Source of the DNA: an uncultured bacterium
GTDB taxonomy: Bacteria > Zixibacteria > MSB-5A5 > GN15 > FEB-12
Length of the DNA stretch: 64,000 nt
Reading direction: 5' to 3'
Assembly (NCBI GenBank): GCA_965372795.1
Contig: CBDVDR010000006.1
Location: 97,076-161,075, forward strand
Shown here piece by piece: positions 10,562 through 19,161 of this stretch. The translations under genes and the position numbers were made by a program. Positions within the stretch are counted from its first letter, which is position 1. Each line of letters begins with the position of its first letter. Below the pieces are notes generated by a model that saw only the letters and a list, made by a program, of their open reading frames with translations, was not told where the DNA came from and made no database searches.

Positions 10562-11130
10562 AAATCACCATCTTCATATTTTAACATCAATCGATCCTTC
10601 AATAGCTTCCGTCCTCGGAATAAATAGCTTTTAACGGTCCCTTCCGGAAGCTTCATAATTTTTGCAATTTCATCATACTTAAGTTCATCCAGATGATAAA
10701 GAGTGATTATAGTTTTATATTGCATCGGTAAAGAATCTATTTCATTTCTAATACGCTCAGAGAGATCAATTTGTTCGACCACTTTCTCGGGATTCATCAG
10801 ACTTGATGGGATATTATCAATGGTTTCATTCTCAGCCGAAATATCTTCATATAAAACAGCTTTTTTCTTTTCAAGAAACGTCAGACACCGATTGTAGGCA
10901 ATTCTTCCAATCCAGGTTGATAGTTTTGCATTAAAATGAAATCCACCCAAATTTTGATAGACTTTCACAAAAACATCCTGACAAATGTCCTCTCGTTCGG
11001 TTATGTTCGGTATCATCTTATACACTATATGGTTAACCAGTTTTCGGTAATTTTGAAACAATTCTCTAAAGGCACTTTGATCACCTTCTAATACCCTCTG
11101 AATTAACAGTTTATCATTATCTAATCCCAT
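10558..11130 (-). CDS. ECF RNA polymerase sigma factor (SigW/RpoE-like)
   Basis: Region 2 EDICQDVFVKVY...STWIGRIAYN; region 4 YDEIAKIMKLPEGTVKSYLFRGR. Confidence 0.95.
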   Translation of the reverse strand: MGLDNDKLLIQRVLEGDQSAFRELFQNYRKLVNHIVYKMIPNITEREDICQDVFVKVYQNLGGFHFNAKLSTWIGRIAYNRCLTFLEKKKAVLYEDISAENETIDNIPSSLMNPEKVVEQIDLSERIRNEIDSLPMQYKTIITLYHLDELKYDEIAKIMKLPEGTVKSYLFRGRKLLKDRLMLKYEDGDL

Positions 11131-11143
11131 ATCATTAACTTAT

Positions 11144-11171
11144 TTGACAGATTATAGAAGGAAAGGTTGCA
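11144..11171 (-). promoter_or_regulatory. ECF autoregulatory promoter of the sigma gene
   Basis: Minus strand TGCAAC-N17-GTCAA, ending 13 nt before the ATG at 11130. Confidence 0.65.
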
Positions 11172-11190
11172 TTTAAATTATAGTTTAATC

Positions 11191-11218
11191 TGCAACTTTA
11201 TTTTGCCCCAACAGTCTA
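11191..11218 (+). promoter_or_regulatory. divergent ECF promoter of the DUF6249-like gene
   Basis: TGCAAC-N17-GTCTA, twin of the minus-strand motif. Confidence 0.65.
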
Positions 11219-11260
11219 TTACACCAGAAGACAAAACGAAACATAAAAAAGGAGACTGTC

Positions 11261-11623
11261 ATGGATTGGGCAGAAGTTCTTATCCCGATTACAATATTCG
11301 GATGTGCAGTTTTAATAGTCAAAATCGTTACAGACTATAAACTCAGAAAGCAATTGGTCGAAAAAGGAGAAGTCAGCGAAAATGTTAAATATCTTTTCTC
11401 TGGATATTCAGACAAAGTCAAAATGAGATCTAACCTTAAATGGGGCTTAATTTTAGTTGGAATTGGTGTTGCTATGTTATTAAAGCAAATTTCACCTTTC
11501 TACATTTCCGATGAAAGTATCCTCGGTCTTGTTTTCTTATTTGGGGGCATTGGTTTTTTGGCATATTTTTATGTCGCATCGAAAGATTCCAACAATAGCA
11601 ATGCCGGACCTCAAAATCAATAA
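11261..11623 (+). CDS. small membrane protein (DUF6249-like), divergent from the ECF sigma
   Basis: TM, then R..LVEKG, then LKWGLILVGIG plus TM; AGGAG SD. Confidence 0.7.
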   Translation: MDWAEVLIPITIFGCAVLIVKIVTDYKLRKQLVEKGEVSENVKYLFSGYSDKVKMRSNLKWGLILVGIGVAMLLKQISPFYISDESILGLVFLFGGIGFLAYFYVASKDSNNSNAGPQNQ

Positions 11624-11652
11624 ATCTTTTTTCTCTGATCCCATTCGATAAG

Positions 11653-11678
11653 AAAGCCGGGCTTAGCCTGGTTTTTTT
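11653..11678 (+). terminator. intrinsic terminator
   Basis: AAAGCCGGGC-TTA-GCCTGGTTTTTTT. Confidence 0.7.
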
Positions 11679-11757
11679 ATTTGTCTCAAAATAATTGATT
11701 TTCCCATATTTATCATTAAATTAGCACGATTACAATCTATTATAATTGGAGGAAAGA

Positions 11758-13194
11758 ATGTCCGGACATCATATTCTATTTAAACTCTCAATGCTATTCT
11801 TGCTAATTATTATTACAGTTCCCGCTTTTGCAGAAACAGGTAAAATTGATGACAAATTAATCGACAGATTTATAAGTGACTTCAACAATCACGGTGATCA
11901 AAGTTCGTTGATCAATGCTTTGACTAATAACAATATAAAAAGCTTATCCCTAAATCGGGAAAAACTATTATCGCATGACACTTTCATGAATTTAAAACTC
12001 GAAGGCAGTAAAATCACCAACCAGAAAGGTTCCGGTCGGTGCTGGATGTTTGCCGGAGGTAATATTTATTCTCCAAAAGTTATAACCAAACTCAGCATTG
12101 ATAATTTTGAACTATCAGAATCCTATCTTGCCTTTTGGGACAAAATGGAAAAATCAAATCTGTTCCTTGAAAATATAATTGAACATCGCGATAAAGAATT
12201 TAATGATCGAACGATGCAGACTATTATTGACTCTCCATTTGGTGATGGCGGCTGGTGGCATTATTTTACTGATCTGGTAAACAAGTACGGCATCGTTCCA
12301 ATTTCAGCAATGCCTGAGACGAAACAATCAAGCAGCACCGGCAATATAAACAAACTTGCAACATCACTATTGCGAAAAGGTGCTTCAAATATTCGTCAGA
12401 TGCATCGCTGGGGGAATAAGGAAAGTGAGTTACGACAAATTAAAGAAGAAACTTTAAGCGAAATATATCGCCTTTTAACTTATAGCTATGGTAAGCCTCC
12501 GGTAGAATTTACATTACGATACAACACTGATGACAGCGCCAAAACTACTGTAAAAAAAACATATACTCCAATTAGTTTCAGCAGTGAAATTTTCGGTGAT
12601 CAATTGCCTGATTATGTTGCCTTGATTAACAATCCGGTCAGAGATTTTGATCAGCTTTATCTTCTTGAAGGGAGCCGAAATATTTATGAGAAATCTGACT
12701 TCAGCGTTTTAAATCTCACCTCTGAAAAACTTCGTGAATATACCTTAGCCTCCTTAATAGACTCTCAGGCAGTCTGGTTCGCCTGCGATGTCGGCAAAGA
12801 TAACTATAACGACTCTGGGTTATTCAAAGTTGATATTTACGATTTCAATTCTACTTTTAATATGGATTTTAAACTTTCAAAAACAGACCGGATTAATTTC
12901 CAGGAAATCTCCCCCAACCATGCCATGGTAATTTCGGGTACTGATACAACTGATACTGGCGAACCGGTTAAGTGGATGGTTGAAAATAGCTGGGGATCAA
13001 AAAAAGGAAAAGATGGTTACTGGTATATGTACAATGACTGGTTTGATGAATATGTACTGATGGTCATCATTGATAAAAAGTTATTATCAGATGAAGATGC
13101 TAAAAAGTTTGAACAAAAACCGATAACAGTCCCAACCTGGGAACCATTCTTTCTGGCGTTGAGAAATCTTGGCTCCAGTTTAAATAAATACTAA
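11758..13194 (+). CDS. pepC: exported aminopeptidase C / bleomycin hydrolase family (peptidase C1B)
   Basis: NQKGSGRCW (Cys), NHAM (His), VENSWG (Asn). Start moved to ATG 11758 (GGAGG upstream). Signal peptide. Confidence 0.88.
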   Translation: MSGHHILFKLSMLFLLIIITVPAFAETGKIDDKLIDRFISDFNNHGDQSSLINALTNNNIKSLSLNREKLLSHDTFMNLKLEGSKITNQKGSGRCWMFAGGNIYSPKVITKLSIDNFELSESYLAFWDKMEKSNLFLENIIEHRDKEFNDRTMQTIIDSPFGDGGWWHYFTDLVNKYGIVPISAMPETKQSSSTGNINKLATSLLRKGASNIRQMHRWGNKESELRQIKEETLSEIYRLLTYSYGKPPVEFTLRYNTDDSAKTTVKKTYTPISFSSEIFGDQLPDYVALINNPVRDFDQLYLLEGSRNIYEKSDFSVLNLTSEKLREYTLASLIDSQAVWFACDVGKDNYNDSGLFKVDIYDFNSTFNMDFKLSKTDRINFQEISPNHAMVISGTDTTDTGEPVKWMVENSWGSKKGKDGYWYMYNDWFDEYVLMVIIDKKLLSDEDAKKFEQKPITVPTWEPFFLALRNLGSSLNKY

Positions 13195-14559
13195 ATGGAA
13201 ATAATAAAAAAAATCAAACTGATTGTCGACCCTGAACAGATATCTCAACAGTCTGATCAGCTGATGGTTGCATCAAAAGATGAATCAACTCTACCCGGAG
13301 TTATGCCGTTAGCAGTTATCTGGCCCAAAGACAAACAGCAAATTTCTGAAATAATCAAACTATGTGCTGAGACTAATACGCCTATTACCACCAGAGGAGC
13401 TGGGAGTGCCCTTGAGGGTTCAACTATCCCCAGCGAAAATGGCATTGTTCTTGATGTCAGCCGAATGACTGCTATTCTTGAATACTGGCCTCAGGATTTA
13501 CAAATTAGGGTGCAACCCGGTTTGATCTATGATCACCTTAATGACAAACTCAAACGAGATGGTTTGTTTTTCCCACCCTCGCCGGGTGGCTCGGGAGATG
13601 TTGCCTCAATTGGCGGCATGGTATCTACTAATGCCAGCGGTATTTATTCTGTAAAATATGGTGGGACCAAAGAATATATACTTGAACTTGAAATTGTAAC
13701 CGGAACCGGAGAAATTCTAAAAGTAGGCAATCGCGCGATCAAGCGTTCCAGCGGATATAATCTTGTCGAACTAATCACCGGGTCAGAAGGTACTCTGGCA
13801 GTTATTACAGCTATCACTTTGAAGCTCGCTGGACTCCCCGAAGATAAGCTTCAAACCGCATATAAATTTGAAAATGAGATAAACGCTGCCAAAGCTGTCT
13901 CGGAGATGCGTCGTTATGGTATTGATCTGGCTGCTATTGAATTCCTTGATCGAAGAGTTATGAAAGCCTTAAACCAATTAAAAGATTATAAACTCGAAGA
14001 AGTACCATGCTTATTTTTAGAATTCCATGGACCCAAAGCATCAATTGAGTCCAATAATGAAATGGCTGAATCTATCTGCAAAGAGCATAATGGCACAACT
14101 TTAACTCTTGAGGAAGGTCAACGTCCCTGGGAAATTCGTCATTATGTTACCGAATCAATCAAACATCTGAAACCGGGATTCACAATTATTAGAAATGATG
14201 TTGCCTTTCCAATTTCCCATTTGCCGGATATGGTTGAGTATTGTTATAAATTAGCAGACTCTAATAATATTCCTATCCACACTTTCGGTCATGTTGGTCT
14301 GGGGCTCCTCCATGCCTTATTGTTAGCCGATATGAATGATTCTGACCAATGGAAGCTTGCTATTAAAATAAACGATGAGATCATTAAGAAAACACTCGAA
14401 TTAGGCGGTACTATCTCAGGAGAACACGGTATCGGAACCGGACACAAAAACCTCTTCAATCTTGAACATGGTTTATCTGTAGATTTAATGCGTAAGATAA
14501 AAAAACAATTCGATCCAAATAATATTTTAAATCCCGGAAAAATCTTTGATTTAGTTTAA
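13195..14559 (+). CDS. FAD-linked oxidase, GlcD/D-lactate dehydrogenase family
   Basis: TRGAGSALEG, GSEGTLAVIT, GTISGEHGIG, DPNNILNPGK. Confidence 0.9.
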   Translation: MEIIKKIKLIVDPEQISQQSDQLMVASKDESTLPGVMPLAVIWPKDKQQISEIIKLCAETNTPITTRGAGSALEGSTIPSENGIVLDVSRMTAILEYWPQDLQIRVQPGLIYDHLNDKLKRDGLFFPPSPGGSGDVASIGGMVSTNASGIYSVKYGGTKEYILELEIVTGTGEILKVGNRAIKRSSGYNLVELITGSEGTLAVITAITLKLAGLPEDKLQTAYKFENEINAAKAVSEMRRYGIDLAAIEFLDRRVMKALNQLKDYKLEEVPCLFLEFHGPKASIESNNEMAESICKEHNGTTLTLEEGQRPWEIRHYVTESIKHLKPGFTIIRNDVAFPISHLPDMVEYCYKLADSNNIPIHTFGHVGLGLLHALLLADMNDSDQWKLAIKINDEIIKKTLELGGTISGEHGIGTGHKNLFNLEHGLSVDLMRKIKKQFDPNNILNPGKIFDLV

Positions 14560-14637
14560 CTTCTCTCACTATCTCAATAAAGTATTGACCGATAATTAGA
14601 TGGTTATTTGAGGAGTTACACTTTTAATATTCCAAAC

Positions 14638-14665
14638 TTGACAATTTTTGCTCATTTTGTATAAT
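14638..14665 (+). promoter_or_regulatory. consensus sigma70 promoter of the DUF1573 pair
   Basis: TTGACA-N16-TATAAT, 49 nt upstream of the ATG at 14715. Confidence 0.7.
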
Positions 14666-14714
14666 ACTTAGCTAATTGGAACATTTTTTAAAAATAAATT
14701 TATAATAAAGTAAT

Positions 14715-15428
14715 ATGAAAACAAAAAAAAATACAATAATTACATTACTGTTAATTGCTCTTCCGGCAGTATTATTGGCAGCCTCTAAACTTGAAGTAAA
14801 AGAAAGTAAGTTCAATTTTGGCTATATTCCGCAAAATTGTAATATTACTCATAATTTCTGGTTTATTTCAGCAGGTGAGGACACTTTAAAAATCAATAAG
14901 ATAAAAACCGGCTGCTCCTGTGCTGTGATGCCCCTTGAAAAAGACTGGATTGCCCCTGGTGACAGCATGCAAATTGGAATTCATTGGAAAATAAAACGTG
15001 AAGCTGGTGAAGCGGCAAAAAATCCGGCTATTTATACAAATGCTAAGGCAGATCCTTATCGAATTGGTGTAGCAGGATCCGTTATGAAAAACCCGATGAG
15101 CGATATTGATGCTGCCTCGATAAGTCCTTATATCATAGAATTGGCTAAAGTTGGAAATAAATCCATTGATAGCCTTTCATTTGAGATTACGAATAAATTA
15201 GAATATGAAGTTTCAGTCAATATTATTGAATCGAATATAGAGCAATGTATTTTAACCCTTCCGGAACTTTTGGGACCATTTGAAGTTTTTACAGCTATGG
15301 CTGTTGTTAAACCAGAATTTCTCGATCAGGAGTTTACCGGTTCTGTTACAATTGAATTATCGGGACCTAAAGATACAAGAATAACGATTCCGATTAGAAG
15401 AAAAATATACAATTCAAGTTCTCAATAG
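14715..15428 (+). CDS. exported DUF1573-like (Ig-like) protein, Cys form (G-C-S-C)
   Basis: Signal peptide; FNFGYIP...F.F...GEDTLKINKIKTGCSC...IAPGDS. Confidence 0.8.
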   Translation: MKTKKNTIITLLLIALPAVLLAASKLEVKESKFNFGYIPQNCNITHNFWFISAGEDTLKINKIKTGCSCAVMPLEKDWIAPGDSMQIGIHWKIKREAGEAAKNPAIYTNAKADPYRIGVAGSVMKNPMSDIDAASISPYIIELAKVGNKSIDSLSFEITNKLEYEVSVNIIESNIEQCILTLPELLGPFEVFTAMAVVKPEFLDQEFTGSVTIELSGPKDTRITIPIRRKIYNSSSQ

Positions 15429-15490
15429 AATTTGACGAAAAAAGAGAAGAAAACGAAAAACATTATTTATATAGAAAGCATATAATAAGA

Positions 15491-16216
15491 ATGAAACGCT
15501 TAATTATTGTAACTATTTTAGTTGTCTTTGTAGCCTTGGCTGCCTTCAGTGCTCCGAGATTATCAATTCAGGAAAGTAGCTTTAATTTCGGTTATGTACC
15601 ACAGAATTCAAAAATATCTCATGATTTTTGGCTGATGTCTACCGGAGATGATACTTTAAAAATTCTCAAAATAATACCTGGCTGAGGATGCACAAAAGCT
15701 CCTCTTGAGAAGGAGATACTTGCTGTCGGTGACAGCACAATATTAGAAATCATATTCTCAACCAAGAAATATAAAAACAGAATCACTAAACGCCCGAGAA
15801 TCCAGACCAACGAAGGCACACCCGATAAAACGGTACAAATTATTGCCCACGTTGTTCAACGTCCTGACTCTACCTATCCTGTTATAATTCAACCTTACAA
15901 ACTCGACCTGTCCCAATTCACAGAAAAAGTAAGAGACAAAATAAACTTTAAAATCACAAACGTTTCTGACCAGCCTTTGGATTTATCTTTAATATCATTC
16001 TCTGCTAAAATGTTTGAAGTCAAGCTGCCAAGTTCTGTTGACCCCGGTAAAACAGCTGAAGGTACTCTCAAACTTAAAAAGAGTGCCCTTGATAAATCTT
16101 TCGAAAAATCTTTTACGTTTGAAATTAACGATGAAAAAAATAGCCGCTTTACTATACCTGTAAAAAGAACTGTTCGCATTACTGCAAACAAAGGGAGCGG
16201 CAAGGCTGGAAAATAA
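15491..16216 (+). CDS. candidate selenoprotein: exported DUF1573-like protein (241 aa) with UGA at codon 65 (G-U-G-C)
   Basis: ORFs 15491..15685 and 15977..16216 share a frame with no other stop between them. Readthrough gives KIIPG*GCTKAPLEKEILAVGDS, versus paralog KIKTGCSCAVMPLEKDWIAPGDS. Confidence 0.8.
15699..15715 (+). promoter_or_regulatory. putative bacterial SECIS hairpin
   Basis: CTCCT(C)T-TGAG-AAGGAG stem-loop; loop begins 20 nt after the TGA and has G in its second position. Confidence 0.55.
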
Positions 16217-16236
16217 TTCTGGTTTAATTCAGTTAT

Positions 16237-16268
16237 AAAAAAAGTCGCCGATTGGCGACTTTTTTTTT
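16237..16268. terminator. bidirectional intrinsic terminator
   Basis: A7-GTCGCC-GATT-GGCGAC-T9. Confidence 0.9.
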
Positions 16269-16279
16269 GAAATTTACTT

Positions 16280-17707
16280 TTACTCAATGTCCATTCGTTG
16301 TCCCTCGGCAAGATTCTCTTCCCATATTTTACTAAATGGTTCTCCGAAGACATTGGAATGAACTAAACGGAAATCAAAGTTCCCGCTCCAATCCTCGAAT
16401 ACAAACAGTTTTCCTTCAGCAATGGATCGATAGTACCAGACAACATACGGATTACCAATCCGAGGAGAGCTGATTTCATCAATTTCTTCATAAGGTCCGT
16501 AAGTAAGATAAATTCTACCTTGGTCAGATTGCCAACCATTGTTCTTTTGGGGGTTGTTTGAGAATAATTGATTTACATAATAAAATCTTTCAATTAACTC
16601 AAGACGTGATTCGTTCTCGGGCGTATTTTTTTCAGAATCGTGCTCTGCCCAATATTGGTTCAGATAATTATTTTTCCCTTCATCAGTCAACCGATTCAAG
16701 GTAGCCATATGCTCAGGATTCAAAACATATTTCACTAAATCAATTTTTTGCTTCAAGGAGAATCTATCATAAGGGTCTCCCCCGGCTGCTAATGGCTTGG
16801 CTATCTGATCAGGGATCGGTTCAATAATTGCAAATGGGATAATGGTAGTATCAACCTGTTTGCTTTGTTTATCTAAAGCAATCATTTGAAAAGCATAAAT
16901 ATTCACCGGCCACCCTTTGATATCAAACTCTTCCACTATCACTGCTGAAGAACCGATTTTTTCAATTTGACGTTCGCCAAGAAACATAAAGAAACTTGAA
17001 TCCTGATTCAAGGCCACATACGTCAGCTGGAATTTTGATGGTTTCTCAGAATTGTAATCCAGATTATACAATTCAGTATAAATGGTTATAGAAGTATCAT
17101 TAGTTCCATAAATTGATGGCGGGTTGGGGTAAATACGGTATCCGTTTTTCACCATCTTTGAATTCGTATCCAGACTTTCTCCGACATAGTCAATATTATA
17201 GGCCAGATAAATATCACTCAAAGTAAGTTTTGCTTTATAAATCGGATCGACAATAATCTCGCCGATAAAAAACTCTCCCCGGTTTTTATTGACTACATCA
17301 ATCACTGTAATTCTGGCAAGAAAAATTCCTGGTTTGGCAAGGAGTTGCAAGCGACTGAATATTCTAACATTTTTTTTAGCAGCTTCTTCTTTTGTGGCAG
17401 CGACAATTGCAAAATAAGTATATGATGAATCAATCGTTTGTCCTAATGTGTCTATTAAATCAACTTGTGCATAAACTCTGGCACTAAGTTTACCTTCGAT
17501 TTTTTCATCATTGAAAAATTCGAATTCATTTCTTTTTAATGCAATCGGAAATTCGAGTAATACAACAGAGTCCATTGACGGATTTGGAAATATTTTTACT
17601 GCGGTATAAACATTTATAATTTTTTCACCCGCGAAAATATTACCTGCAATTAGCAATATTATAAAAAAACAAAAAACACTTTTCGAAATAACCTTAATAC
17701 TGTTCAC
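16280..17707 (-). CDS. GWxTD-domain exported protein
   Basis: Signal peptide; YW...NE...RFYY.N..F...GWQSDQGRIYLTYGP...W.Y. Confidence 0.85.
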   Translation of the reverse strand: MNSIKVISKSVFCFFIILLIAGNIFAGEKIINVYTAVKIFPNPSMDSVVLLEFPIALKRNEFEFFNDEKIEGKLSARVYAQVDLIDTLGQTIDSSYTYFAIVAATKEEAAKKNVRIFSRLQLLAKPGIFLARITVIDVVNKNRGEFFIGEIIVDPIYKAKLTLSDIYLAYNIDYVGESLDTNSKMVKNGYRIYPNPPSIYGTNDTSITIYTELYNLDYNSEKPSKFQLTYVALNQDSSFFMFLGERQIEKIGSSAVIVEEFDIKGWPVNIYAFQMIALDKQSKQVDTTIIPFAIIEPIPDQIAKPLAAGGDPYDRFSLKQKIDLVKYVLNPEHMATLNRLTDEGKNNYLNQYWAEHDSEKNTPENESRLELIERFYYVNQLFSNNPQKNNGWQSDQGRIYLTYGPYEEIDEISSPRIGNPYVVWYYRSIAEGKLFVFEDWSGNFDFRLVHSNVFGEPFSKIWEENLAEGQRMDIE

Positions 17708-17721
17708 ATATCCCTCGTCTT

Positions 17722-19071
17722 TTAAAAGTCAGGCCTCATATTAAACCCATCATAGGGATATGCCAGCCGATATTCACCATCCTCATTTTCATCAATAAAT
17801 ACAAATTTACGATATCTTCCATCTCGATAATAATGCCATTCCTGATAAGGTCTTCGATTGGGAGACAGCGGAAAATCTTCAAGTTGATCAGGTTCTCCAT
17901 ACATAATGTATGTTCTTCCACGATCAGTTTTCCACCCATCCCTCCTCAAATAAGAATACCTTGAGGTAGCATGTCTCACCCGGCGATAGAATTCAGTTTT
18001 ATATTCATTATCTGATGTTCCGGGTGTTGGATCCCTTAATTCCCAGAATTCCTTAAATGCCTGGATTCTTAATTTTAAATCTTCAATTTTCTTCATCTCG
18101 TCAATTTCGCCATCATTTGCAATAAAGGATAACTGCTTAAGGACAACATCATAGTCATGTTTGATAAACATTTCAGGGGTCATTTGAATATTAAAAGCTT
18201 TATGTTTGGAATCAAATTTCTTCTTTCGGTTACTTCGAAGTTCGATTTCAAGTTCATAATCCCCGGGACGGAAATCATCAATTACAATATCTCTTAACTG
18301 CATTGATCGCGGGTATTCAATCGGTACTGTTACACTATCACGATAGATCATTTTACCATATTTATGATCACGGAGAATTGTAATCATTACTGCTTCTTTT
18401 ACATCTTTTTTCCCCGGATAAATTTCGACATAAAACAGTAGGTGGTTTTCTCTATTTAAACCGCCATAGATATGGGTAACTGATGGAACAACAGCAATAT
18501 TCCCTTTATTAAATGGGCTTGTTTCCGATTGTATTTCTCCGAATGCCTGGGAGAATTCAATTTCAGAAAACTTTGGAGATTTCTTATCATATTTTTTTAA
18601 ATTAACTTTCAAATCTTTGGTATTAACTTTTCGGCTATGTTTATCTCTCAATGTTACAATAATTTTATATTTTCCAGGATCCAAATCAAAATTCATTTGT
18701 AAAGTTCTGAAATCAGCCAAAGATTTTGTTTTGTCGATTGAGTTTACAATAATTGTCTTGGGAATTTTATCTAAAACTACTTCGTTTTTCTTTTTATCTA
18801 AGATAGTCAGCTCAACTTCATAATTCGCTATATACTGATTGTTCTCTTCTTTAAAAGATAAAAAATAATTGTATATCTGATAATAAATTTCAAGGCGAAC
18901 TTTGTCGGGCTGGTCTGATTTAAATATGGAATAATCAATAGGAATACTTTTTAATCGGATATTGCCTACATCCCCAAATTGAAATAACTCTCTCGATTCA
19001 GTTGAAAAAACTGAAATAAGAATTATTAAAATTATCGCCGTAAATGTATTATTTATTTTCTTCATATTCAT
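17722..19071 (-). CDS. GWxTD-domain exported protein
   Basis: FWELRDPTPGTSDNEYKTEFYRRV...GWKTDRGRTYIMYGEPD. Confidence 0.9.
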   Translation of the reverse strand: MNMKKINNTFTAIILIILISVFSTESRELFQFGDVGNIRLKSIPIDYSIFKSDQPDKVRLEIYYQIYNYFLSFKEENNQYIANYEVELTILDKKKNEVVLDKIPKTIIVNSIDKTKSLADFRTLQMNFDLDPGKYKIIVTLRDKHSRKVNTKDLKVNLKKYDKKSPKFSEIEFSQAFGEIQSETSPFNKGNIAVVPSVTHIYGGLNRENHLLFYVEIYPGKKDVKEAVMITILRDHKYGKMIYRDSVTVPIEYPRSMQLRDIVIDDFRPGDYELEIELRSNRKKKFDSKHKAFNIQMTPEMFIKHDYDVVLKQLSFIANDGEIDEMKKIEDLKLRIQAFKEFWELRDPTPGTSDNEYKTEFYRRVRHATSRYSYLRRDGWKTDRGRTYIMYGEPDQLEDFPLSPNRRPYQEWHYYRDGRYRKFVFIDENEDGEYRLAYPYDGFNMRPDF

Positions 19072-19161
19072 CTTTATAACAAATTTAGTTAAAGGTCAGT
19101 TCCAAATTGTTACAAGTCGTCAATATAACTATTTTATAAACGTAAGAAAGTAAGAAAACAT

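Noticed and set aside
15683..15685. Genome-wide UGA reassignment (code 4/25) as the explanation for the in-frame TGA
   Set aside because: TGA acts as a true stop elsewhere (ATGA overlaps at 10558-10561 and 36510-36513), other genes are full length under code 11, and this TGA aligns with Cys, not Trp or Gly.
15977..16216. 79-aa ORF and 64-aa ORF (15491..15685) as separate genes
   Set aside because: They are in the same frame and collinear with one paralog, so they are two parts of a single gene.
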